The notes under the pieces were generated by a model. It worked only from the letters and a program-made list of their open reading frames with translations. It did no database searches and was not told the origin of the DNA. This document shows, piece after piece, positions 51,244-62,030 of a DNA stretch of 64,000 bases; position 1 is the stretch's first letter, and the number at the start of each line of letters is the position of its first letter. The DNA is from Diadema antillarum (Eukaryota), in assembly GCF_040938485.1 (NCBI RefSeq), contig NW_027270918.1, forward strand, positions 6,138,001 through 6,202,000, written 5' to 3'. Position numbers and translations under genes: made by a program.

Positions 51244-51392
51244 TATAACATAATTATAAACCCACTTCTTGTCTTTAGTACATTGTATCAGCCTCGTATC
51301 AGACTCCTCATGTCAACTATTCTCTCAATGTATAGTGCTACTCGAGTTTGCATTATCAAACAAAAAGAGATGAGGTGAAATGTTACTTACAG

Positions 51393-51551
51393 CAGTGGCG
51401 GATCCAGAGGGGGTGCATCAGGGCGCGTGCCCCCTCTGTATTTGCAGTTAAAACAAAAGAAACAAAGAGGAGAAAATGAGATGAAACCCGGAAGTAGCAC
51501 CAGAAATATTGTTTGCGCCTCCCCTTTACGGAATTCCTGGATCCACCCCTG
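51393..51551 (+). mobile_element. MITE, same CAGTGGCGGATCCAG family
   Basis: Same TIRs; flanked by a 7-bp direct repeat CTTACAG. Confidence 0.78.
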
Positions 51552-52087
51552 CTTACAGAATGGGAGAAGCGCCGTCAATACCAAATAATATATTTACGAT
51601 TAGGTTATATAATTTCTAATTTTACGCTTTCATGAAAGAGCGAAACGGTCGCAACCACATATTCTATTCAAGTTTGATGAGTCGATAATCAGATCATCAC
51701 TTAATGACTCTTTTGTAGTTTAGTATACCAAAATTATTATTGAAATCAAATTTGTTTTGGGTACGTATTGTCTTGCAACTACCCCCCTCAAAGTTGTAAG
51801 TAGGCCTATATGATAATTACACAAATGTTATTATGATATGAATGACACATCTTCTAAGTTTGCTTCAAAAGAGGAATTTGAAAAACATTTCTGTACAGAA
51901 GATATTATAATCATTATTGTTCTCATCGCCTCGTCAAGCATACGTAAAGTGGCTACTGCTATACATTACATCTTCTTGGAAACGTTCAAAACTTAGATTT
52001 TATTCATTTTTCTAGATTTGTATAAGGCACGCGTCTGCAACCTTCTAAGTATAATTTTCCTCTCTGTACTACTCAATCTGCAATATA

Positions 52088-52277
52088 CAGTCAACCTCGC
52101 TCATATTATTCGACCTCGCAAATGCCGATAAAATAGCCAAGTCGAGGGAAATCTCCATCCCGGACGGATTTGAACATCCTGTTACGTTACAGTATTATTT
52201 AAGTCGAAATTCACGTAAGGCGAAGAATTTTCTAAGGCCCCTTTGGATTAGACTTATAGGCAAGGCGAGGTTGACTG
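52088..52277. mobile_element. Degraded pogo/Tigger-type MITE
   Basis: 13-bp TIR CAGTCAACCTCGC / GCGAGGTTGACTG; TA on the left side only. Confidence 0.6.
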
Positions 52278-52437
52278 ATTGTACGTCTGGCAATTATACC
52301 AATTACAAATTCGAACATTGGATGGATTTGTATCTAATCTCTCCACATGCATATTAGCCTGATTGTGTTGGGAATTTATGCACGTCGATACCATGGAAAA
52401 GCAGATTTTTATGATATTGACTTGTTACCATGGTTAC

Positions 52438-52595
52438 CAGTGGCGGATGCAGAGGGGATGCACCAGGCTCCACCTCTTTATTTTTTTTTGTTAAAACAAA
52501 AGAAGTAAAAAGAAAAAAATGGGGGCTACTGATGGAGGGCGTGCGCCCCCTTTAATTTTGTAAAGGCGCCTCCCGCATTCCTGAATCCGCCCCTG
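52438..52595 (+). mobile_element. MITE, same CAGTGGCGGATCCAG family
   Basis: CAGTGGCGGATGCAG...CTGAATCCGCCCCTG; 5-bp duplication GTTAC. Confidence 0.78.
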
Positions 52596-53995
52596 GTTAC
52601 AGGACCAAAGCAAGTAAACGAAAGAACTAAAAATATTGTGCTGCTCTTCTCAGAGTATCATAGAGTGAGGACAATATTGGACTTCCAACTCTAGTTCACA
52701 GTCATAATTATTCTTCAATCGCATTTTCACTATGAACGTTACAACCTTACAATCCGTCATCAGTATTCACACAATCATCGGCTATACACGAAGACGGGGT
52801 TTGTCAAATGCGTTAAAAGCGGATTGTACAGCACACAACAACTCCGTAGACACAGTAAGCATTGATTAATACATGTTTAGCAAATAGAAAACTATGATAT
52901 TTCACTCCCAGGTGACGACCCAGCTTGATTGCAGTGATTTGGGAAAGCAAGGAAAGGGAACTTAAAGTCATAGCAGATCAGAAGGTAGAAAATTGCATCT
53001 GCACAAACATTTAGTGTCAATATGGACTGCCTTGTTTAGTGGCGCTCTATATCACATGGTTCCAAATGTGTTTTACCTTAAAACTAGTAACATTTTCTGC
53101 TGTTATAAAAACAAGAAAAATATTGTAACATCAGTTTTGTTCTGCCTTAAACATATGACTTCATCGTGCCTACGCTGATTTCGGAAAGAATGGTTTCCGC
53201 ATAAAATATAGATAAAGTATTATAATCATTATTTCCGCTTTAGATGGTTCTATACAACCCGCATGTGTGACAATATTAAAACTTACCGTTGGTGACTTTG
53301 GTAATTAAAGACATAGTAAATAAAGAGCACCGTGCAATTGTATACTATGATCATAGTATGAAGTAAACAGGAAGAAACAAAATTCAGGCATCACATACAT
53401 TTTGTTCTTCATTTACAGCTGTAAAAAAAAAATAACGACACATATACACAGGTTCAAGTCTAAAGGCATCAATAGGTATACTGTGTGTATGCATATGTGA
53501 TTGCGTGTGTGTATGTGTGTGTGCGCGCGCGTGTGTGTGTGTTTGTTTGTGTTTATTTACAGATTGTAAATATGTGATGTAGACAAAGAAAAATAAGAAA
53601 ATGTCTATGTATTAAGGTTCCCAATCGGCATCACGTCACAAGGCACAATTGCAGCTTCACCTCAGTTATCAAAGTTAAGACGAATGAAATAAATTATGCA
53701 AAATCGAAGTGTCAACAAAGCTCTCACATGAGTATATCCATGAGTTCCCGGTAAAAGATGACAGAGAGGAATGGAGAATATTATGAACGTAGGTCGGGAA
53801 AGCTGCAGCGAGCGTATTTGATTTGGCTCTTTTAATTACCCACACGCTCGTAAGTGTTTTACGATGCCACTCGTCATTACGGATTGATAATAACTGTCGC
53901 TGCCATAACTCAGGTATAGGGAATGCATCAGTGTTTTCAGATCCAGTGCAGTGGTGATCTTGGGTCAACAAATATACCAAATACATATACATTTG

Positions 53996-53997
<2 letters not shown>

Positions 53998-54065
<68 letters not shown>
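53998..54065. repeat. Compound (CA)n(TA)n microsatellite
   Basis: Visible directly. Others: (GA)n ~4105-4152, (TA)n ~14571-14603, (C)n(CT)n ~40980-41070, (CA)n ~58918-58968. Confidence 0.95.
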
Positions 54066-54066
<1 letters not shown>

Positions 54067-54469
54067 GATGGCAAGCTAGAACTCACTGTTTTCACCAAAT
54101 TCGTGATGGTGAAGTGCAAGATATAATTACAGGTATATAGAATATAATCCATATGTGACCGTGAAATCTGCGTCTAAAATAGTAACAACTTTCAATTTTG
54201 AGCGGTGATGTTGGACATGCCCTTTAGTAACGTAACGTCGGTGCGTGGATACACTACGCCTCAACACAAACATGAGAAGATCACTGATGTAGGCAGTGAA
54301 CCACAATGTAATATTCTATCGCAAAGTTAATGAAGCGAAGCACGTTGAGTAGAAACACTACCGAATCACACAAGAAATTTAAGAATGCACTTTACAATCA
54401 CCTCTTGGCAATAAAGATGATACTGATAATGGTAGGTATCAACCAACTCCAATGAATTCAGTTAAATAA

Positions 54470-54694
54470 ATTTTGTAATTAATTTGTTTTACATGGCCAC
54501 TGAACATGCAATGAATACTTCAAAGCAAGCAACTTACGAGACCAGTGGCATTAAGTCCCTTCGTTGACTATAGGCAATGAGGATAATGAACATTAAATTT
54601 GCTTATAGAGACACAACTGCTATCGCCATATGACTTGAACCACATACCTCGTGATCAAAAGTTCGTGATTTTAACCATTGAGCCATCTTGGCTG
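54470..54694 (-). mobile_element. Degenerate tRNA-derived SINE
   Basis: Minus strand begins AGCCAAGATGGCTCAATGGTTAAA (A box)...GTGGTTCAAGTC (B box-like), followed by GCAGTTGTGTCTCT..AGCAA, which resembles a SINE core. It does not fold into a complete tRNA. The low-coordinate boundary is approximate. Confidence 0.55.
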
Positions 54695-54914
54695 AACCGA
54701 GCTGGATAACAGCGAACGACAAGAACCATTCCGCGTCGAGAGCTGTCTTAACTTAAACATCTACCTGCTAATCACTATTTGATTTAAGTGACAAAATAAT
54801 AACATTATCTGAAAATATTCTCACCCATATCTGAAAATTAGTTAGTTTTAAGACTGCCTCTGTTTGACATGAATCATCAAAATACTTCATATCACCTTAC
54901 TCATCAAATATTTA

Positions 54915-55445
54915 CACTGCAAAAAGTCCGGTGTTAAACAGTGAACACCGAGCTGGTGTTAAATTTTCGGTGCTCATTTATGGTGTTAAATTAACACCTC
55001 CGGGTGTCATTTCCAAATTTTAAACTGTTTTTTGAAGAGTTTCAAAGTAACTGCACTTCCTGTTGATTTTTGATTTGAACAAGACGATCAAGAATTTTAC
55101 ATTAAAATACTCGATTTTTGAAAAAATTTGAAAATAAATTTACACCACAGTAACACCAGCTGGTGTGGTCTCTTATTGAAGCTGGACGGGTGTTAAACCA
55201 TTGATATTAACACCAACAAATATCAAATCAACACCATGTGGTGTCATTTTTTAATTAACACCAGTACAGTGTCAAAATAACACCAGGTACAGTGTCAAAT
55301 TAACACCACGAAGTGTCAGGTGAACACTTTTCAACACCATCACAGTGCATTTTCTACACCTGTGGGTGTGGTCCTCTATTGAAGTTTGATCGGTGTTAGA
55401 TTTAACACCCGTGGTGTTAAATCTAACACCGATGTTTTTACAGTG
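54915..55445 (+). mobile_element. CACTA/EnSpm-type non-autonomous element, copy E (531 bp)
   Basis: TA|CACTGCAAAAA...TTTTTACAGTG|TA; very similar to copy D. Confidence 0.78.
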
Positions 55446-55618
55446 TATTTTCAAGTAAACAATATGAATTACACTTATAAGTCTTAAGTCTCATGTGGAA
55501 ATCATATTTGAAAGTTGAATAAAATTTCTTTTTAATTATACTCTTAATATAAACCAGTCATAGATCACTCTAACAAATAAGAACCAAACTAGACGCATTT
55601 AGCTACGGTAGCTCCATG

Positions 55619-56890
55619 CTAGAAGTGCACCGACGTTGGCGCAACCCTTCCACCGGATCCGCTACAGCGCAGACATGACATGTGATAGCGAAGCAGTGGG
55701 TTTGTCAGCCCGTAGAGGATGGGATTCAGGGCGGCGTTGGACCAAAGGAGACCGTTGACAGCTTCCCACGTTATCTCAGAGAAACAGTCGTCGTCACCAC
55801 ACCTAGCCTGTAGGATGCTGATAATCTCGTATGGGAGCCAACAGGAGAGGTAGGTACCTACCAGGATGGACAGGGTGATGGCCGCTTTCCGATGACGTGC
55901 GTATTGAGTCTGCTGCTGGCGGAACTCGGTCAGGTTTCTGTTCCCGCCACTGTGATTGGATCGAGGTTGAGGACTTGGAACGTACGTTGAGGGCAAGCCA
56001 GGCGGTCGCAACGAGCCATCGTGTAAAGTATGAGTCAACTTGGAGTGGTTGATGACCCCCGAAACGGTAGGAACATGACTCCGGGCTTCTCCATCTGCAC
56101 CATCTAGCTTGCGGCCGTCTTGTTCTGTGTTCGCTTCGTCATGGTGACGGATAACAGAAGAAGGGACTCCCAGGGAAGTTCTGAGGCGCTTCAGTTTTCC
56201 CGATCTCTGATAGATTTGGTAAAACACGACGATATTCAGTATGACTATCAAGGGAAATGGGATGGCGAACTCAAACACGAGAAGACCAATGGTGGCAGGA
56301 ACGAGGTATACGGCCTCCAGTTCGCATTCTTCTTGGTAGTCAACCAGATCGAAGCGAAAGGAAAAGGCAATGACGGTGAAGATGGCGGCAGTGAGGGTCC
56401 AACAAATTGCGCAGATGATCGATACCCGTCTGCGAGTCCATACAATGCGGTACCTGTGCTTCTGTGTCACGAGTAAGAAACGATCGAGGCTAATTAGCAC
56501 GATTGTGATCGAAGACATGCATGTCACAGTGTAGTCCAGTGCGGACCAGAACTTACAGAATACCTCACCGAATGGCCAGTATCCTCTGTAAACCCAGGCA
56601 AGATTGACTGTTAGCACCATGAGTCCAGTGAGAAAATCACACACACTGAGACTAAAGATGAGCGTGTTGGTCGGAATGGCGCGAACTCTCTTGTAGCGGC
56701 AGAAGGCCATGATGACCAACAGGTTTCCCGCGACTGTGACGATGATGACGAGTCCGTAACCGATGATCAGGAGTGGTCTGTTCAGCTCTGATTCGGACGC
56801 GTCACCATCTTCATACGTCGTTTCGAATTCTTCATTTGTGGTGAAATCACTTTCACCGTACAACGGGTTGGAATCGGCACTGTTATTCAT
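55619..56890 (-). CDS. Single-exon class A GPCR, biogenic-amine type, histamine H3/H4-like, ~423 aa
   Basis: Seven hydrophobic segments with GN (TM1), SLSVCD (TM2), WPFGEVFC, TM3 Asp (SALDY), DRF, FEFAIP (TM5), CWLPY and NPILY. Start is taken at MNNSAD (N-glycosylation sequon). An upstream in-frame ATG exists at 57010. Confidence 0.9.
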   Translation of the reverse strand: MNNSADSNPLYGESDFTTNEEFETTYEDGDASESELNRPLLIIGYGLVIIVTVAGNLLVIMAFCRYKRVRAIPTNTLIFSLSVCDFLTGLMVLTVNLAWVYRGYWPFGEVFCKFWSALDYTVTCMSSITIVLISLDRFLLVTQKHRYRIVWTRRRVSIICAICWTLTAAIFTVIAFSFRFDLVDYQEECELEAVYLVPATIGLLVFEFAIPFPLIVILNIVVFYQIYQRSGKLKRLRTSLGVPSSVIRHHDEANTEQDGRKLDGADGEARSHVPTVSGVINHSKLTHTLHDGSLRPPGLPSTYVPSPQPRSNHSGGNRNLTEFRQQQTQYARHRKAAITLSILVGTYLSCWLPYEIISILQARCGDDDCFSEITWEAVNGLLWSNAALNPILYGLTNPLLRYHMSCLRCSGSGGRVAPTSVHF

Positions 56891-58907
56891 TGTGTCATGA
56901 ACAAGATACGATGTCACTAAAAATGTATAGATAACATTTTCCTTTGATATACGAAACACAGTACTATCTGAGTCACAGATAATGCAAATGATGTCGTCAT
57001 GTGATGACATCAAGTTTTCAACTCTTCGGGATTTTAAGCAATTGCAAATGTTAACCCCCTAACAACCACCATCTCGAAATGTCAACGATAATGCATATGC
57101 GATCCTATGTATCAGTAATTGTAGAATGACCGGTAGAACGAGCTTTTATAATAGAGGCACTGGTTGCTCCTCCGACTTCCACGACGTTTGCTACCTGGTA
57201 AACCATTTCACCGTGACATTCCTCACAGCTCTTCTCTATATTCTTGTCCTCCTTCTCCTCCTCCTTCTCCTCCTCCTCCTTTTTCTTCTGTTTCTTACGG
57301 AATGATGTAATGAGGCCTTCTCGAGTTGCATAGGTGCGCAGGTAAACCTATAAACTGCTTGCGTGTCCTTCGTCAATCCGTGTACTCTCGGTTTGTTCGT
57401 CGACTGCTAAGGCAGGTTTCATCTTGCTTCGTAGCACACTGTCTCTTTATACTAATTACACTCATTTTAGACCTCATGACTTTCTCACTGAATTGTATTC
57501 ATCAATCAAGAGTTGAGCACTAGTTCCTTTTCCTCACCTATAGATATATATGTAGAGGGGTTTTTCTGTTATCCTGACCTGATTACACAGATAGCATAGA
57601 AATATTCCGTTTCTTTAGATTCTCAACAAGGAGAGAAAACGCGACTGATTATGAGCTCCAAATAACACAATCTACACTAATTGCTATAAATATGAAATTG
57701 TGATATCCAGCATTTCAATGATGTACAGAGAAATGGGAAAAACTTCGACTTTAACGCGATACCTTAACAAACGAATTGTGCGACGGTGGGGACAAAAATA
57801 TAACTTCAGAGATTGTTCTTGACCCAAACTGAATATGTATAAAACATACTGAACAGGATGTGTGACTTGACTGAAAGGTCTCTAATTTTTTTGGAGCGAA
57901 ATTTTACAGTGGACGGCAGTTCTCATTAAATAAAACTGGATAATGATGTTTACACTCTGCTACACCTTGTGAGCAGACGATAGCAATCTCCAGTCAACTT
58001 CAGCGGCAGAGTTGCTGGGCGGGAAGCAATTGATAGCTACGATGACCGTCTCTGTAACCGTCAACATCTCATCGTTCTCCACTTGAACTAATTTTCCAGC
58101 TTAATCAAACAAGCGAGATGTTGTGTGTCCATCCATTTATCAATTCATGAAGATGCGCTCCGAATAGTATCTTTTCTTTCGTATACACCAGCAGCCGACA
58201 TCCACACTACCACTGACTTCGCAAGCGGCACTGTTTTGCTCTAAAAGGTATCGAAGTCTCGTTCTGTCGTTTTATGCACGCCCGGGCACTTAAAATAATT
58301 GTACAGGTGACTGTCTTACCAACGAGCGGCGCACCTGTTTACGCATGCAAAGAAAAGGTGGGAAAGTGCTAAAGGCGAGCTTGGCTTGGTGATTGGATAT
58401 TTTTTCGAGCACCATGCATCTTCTCTCTTTCAGGTTGTTGATGATATCAACGTCACGACAGGAATGAGTGAGTAAGGTGGTACAACGAAATAGATCGTAA
58501 TTTTGCGTAATGTTGCCATTGTTCTACCGGGAAGCCCGTATAGAGGAAAGAAACCAGGGGCTTGCATCCCTTCCAGTTTAATTCCCAGGTCCTTGGATAC
58601 CCTGCTTGCACTATACCCTATCATTTCATCACTGCGTGCTTTGCCCCTGAGATTTCCTAAAACATTAAAAAGGTATTCCCATTCAGGAAGTCCAATGTAC
58701 CACCTGAAAATGGTATAAAAGCATCACACTATTCGCCCAGTCATCGCAGCAAATCAAGTCTTAATGGTGTTAAGTCACGTCCAGCAGAAAGCAAACTTAA
58801 TAGCGCGTTAACTGACGGAATGTTTTCACTTCCCTTTGCAAACCTGTTGAAACAAACTCCGGCCTGCATTTCATTAGTGTACCACGCGTTCTCCTTCTCC
58901 CACACAA

Positions 58908-58970
<63 letters not shown>

Positions 58971-59844
58971 TATTTAGGAATAAACTATTACAAAAATATT
59001 CTGTTTGAAGTTATCAATCCTCCTGCTTCGTATTTTCTCCTCTCTCAATCTTTTCTTATTCCCCTCTCATCTGCACTTATCTCATCTATATATCACACGT
59101 CTATTCCCTCTATTCCTCTTGTCTTATCTCTCCCTCTCTCTCTCTCTCTTAATACGGAGCTTTAGTTTTATTGTTGTTGTAGTTCTTTATAACATTCGGG
59201 TATTCTTTTTATTGTTATATAATGTGTCTCATCATCATAAGATTATTTGATTTAATTTTTTTTTGGGGGGTGTGGGGGCTAAGTTATACAAGCTATGCTT
59301 TTGATTTAGGCTCCCCACTTAGGTTCTCACGACTGCAAGCGTTGCAAGTGATGTTGTAAGTACATGTGTTGTTGTTTCGATAATTTTTGCGCATACAAAT
59401 TGACAAAATATTATTGTATACCAATTGTGATAATAATTGTAAATCGGTTATGCTTTATTCATACTTATGTGAACAAAAGTGGAAATAAATTCAAATCAAA
59501 TCAAATATTAGAAGACCTATTTTTCCAGCAGCTTTGTGAATGATGTGTGGCATATTGTGGGAGCCGAACGCCTTTAAATATTTCTGCAAATAAATGGCGC
59601 TATATAAATACTCTTCCATCATCATTGTCATCGTCATTACAGGCACACACATTAACAAATTTTCTCTTTTCGTTTTCACATCTTGAGGGTAGCCCTAAAC
59701 TAATCGAAAGTCTGAAAAGAAAGAGCAAAATTTTATAACAACCACGGAAATTTCGCTAATTTTTGTATAAAGCAAGTATCCAACAGTTACTGTTGATATA
59801 AAGATGCAAGTGAATGAGCTGATGATGTCATCACCTCACAATTT

Positions 59845-60120
59845 TTCAAGTTTCAAGTTTCAAGTTAAGTTTATTTCCACAAGTTCAGGTAAAAACATAT
59901 AAATATACAATCAATCAGTTCTAATACATACATATACAAACCAAAAATTATTTTGGATAAGTACATAATCACAGTTAAAAGTTAAAAAGTGTGTGTTCAA
60001 GATTGACATAACAATTAAAATAAATGATGGAGGAAATCAGCAGTAGGCCATTGCCCTTTCGGGGCTGATCCCATGAGCAAATATACAATATTAAAACTGT
60101 GTGTCGTTATACACTGTTCC
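59845..60120 (-). mobile_element. 3' UTR/tail relic of a CR1-group LINE
   Basis: Minus strand ends GTGGAAATAAACTTAACTTGAAACTTGAAACTTG, the same AATAAA-plus-short-tandem-tail architecture as the 60811 element. The far boundary is approximate. Confidence 0.45.
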
Positions 60121-60810
60121 ATAAATCATAAGTCGCATAAAAAAGAACTGGATTTGCAATAAATAGGGACAAGAAAAAAACAACAACATCCAAATCCAAT
60201 TTTTCATAGATGGTGTTCAAAAAAGAATTGACGAAAATTAAAACTTTTTCTAGTGTAAAATCTAATTGTATTCCAGGCTGAATGATTTCAAAATAATAAT
60301 AAAAAAATAATGATAAGTCAGATGTATTGAGATTTGAGACTGCATGGGGTAGAATTGCTTGTGAACAAAAAACTGGTAAATTTCATGATTTTGTGTACAA
60401 AATATAAATGACACGTTGTGAGGAGATATGTTAACTCCCTCATCATTCTCGCTTCGACTGTTCAAGGACTTCCGTAATAATTATCCGATTTTGATCAGTT
60501 TTCCACAGCCGTGATAAACTTTTAATCTTTGTTACCACTCTTTGAGCATTCTTCCGACAAGACATCTTAGAAAATGCACGCATTTCTAGAAGGGTACGCT
60601 GTCTACTACTCATATTATATTCTGTAGACTCCTAGCTCATGGATCTTCTTAATCATAAACTACAACTTATTATAGTAATAGCAATGCATTACGACATGAC
60701 TGAAGGTATGATCTGTTTTTTTTTTCTTTTCCCGCCTGAAATAAAAGGGACCAAAATTCCAGGCAATGCCAGGAGGCAACATAATTCTTTTTACCAATTC
60801 CTCTCAAACT

Positions 60811-60843
<33 letters not shown>

Positions 60844-62030
60844 AGTTTATTTCCAATCAACGAAAATCAAAAACATAGTACAATGTATACATGTCATTAA
60901 CTGATATTGTTCAAACGCTTGCAAAAGATTCATGTAATATACGAGACAAATTATAGAACAACATATATGTACAATAATAAAGAGGAACACTGTACAAATA
61001 CTACGTGGGCGAGCGGAAAATAAATTCGATCATGGAAAATAGTGATCCACTAAAAAGCAAAGCTTGTCGGACGTGGATCGCTAGATAAATAATGAGTGAA
61101 TGATATACTATTCTATAACAATATACATGTAGTTATTTTGAGATACACAGGTCGGGAAAAAAATATAGAATACCAATGCTATAGTGCCCGGACACTGTTC
61201 ATTGAACCACATGTACCGGGAAAATAAGACAAGGACAATACTTTCGTACACACATTCAATTACCCACACGCATATACACTGTTGGACGCGAGACAGTACC
61301 GAGAGGAGAGAAGACGGTAACAATACAAGTCTACGAAGAACAATAGACAGGAAAGGAAAAGGAGAGAAGAAAGAAGAGAGGTCTGCACACAGAACACGCC
61401 AAGTGCTGCGACATCAGGACAGGTGAAAGCTCAAGCATAAATTATAGCAATTTAAATTATCTAAGATTATAAATAGAAAGTAAATGTTTTCTGAGTTTAT
61501 ATTTAAATGTGACAAATTTGGGGGAATCTTTTAAACTATTATCTAAATTATTCCAAAGTTTGGGTCCGGTATAAAGAAATGTATTTTGGGCATGTGCGGT
61601 TCTCATTAACGGAAGATGGAATTCGTCGGATCGTCGCGTGGGATAGTTATGAACATGACTGTTTCGATGAAATAAATCGTGGAATATTTTAGGTAAAAAG
61701 GTACTGTTGTAATTAAACATAAACTGACCAAGTTGAAACACATACAAATCATTTACTTTTAATATTTTATGGTCAGAAAACAAAGCATCTGTATGTTCTC
61801 GGGTATGTAAATTAAAAACAATTCTAAGCGCTTTCTTTTGCAATAAAAGAAGTTTATCAAGTAACATCTGATATGTATTACCCCAAGCAAGAATCCCGTA
61901 GTTTAAATAAGGGAGTATCAAACTAGAATAAAGAGTTAATAATGCAGATGAAGGAAGATAATATTTTAATCTATTCATTACGCCAATGTTACGTGAAATA
62001 ATTTTACATATGTTATCTAATACACATGTC
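60811..62030 (-). mobile_element. 5'-truncated non-LTR retrotransposon (CR1 group, Crack/L2-like): RT C-terminus 61457-~62020, 3' UTR and (TGAT)n tail
   Basis: Open frame DNICKIISRNIGVMNRLKYYLP..LLTLYSSLILPYLNYGILAWG..LLQKKALRI..YPTR..GPKLWNNL..FKYKLRKHLL. The 3' end reads GGAAATAAACTA(TGAT)n on the minus strand. Confidence 0.87.

Noticed and set aside
54620-54694. Possible tRNA gene
   Set aside because: A and B boxes are present but acceptor and anticodon stems do not pair, and the sequence continues into a SINE-like body.
47368-55445. Regularly spaced AACACC/GGTGTT motifs suggesting a CRISPR-like array
   Set aside because: They are subterminal repeats of a TIR element. The spacers are the same between copies, there are no cas genes, and the context is eukaryotic.
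56891-57013. 41-aa N-terminal extension of the GPCR ORF
   Set aside because: The ORF-track start is TTG and the extension looks like AT-rich leader or intron sequence. MNNS at 56890 gives a typical receptor N-terminus. Not excluded without transcript data.
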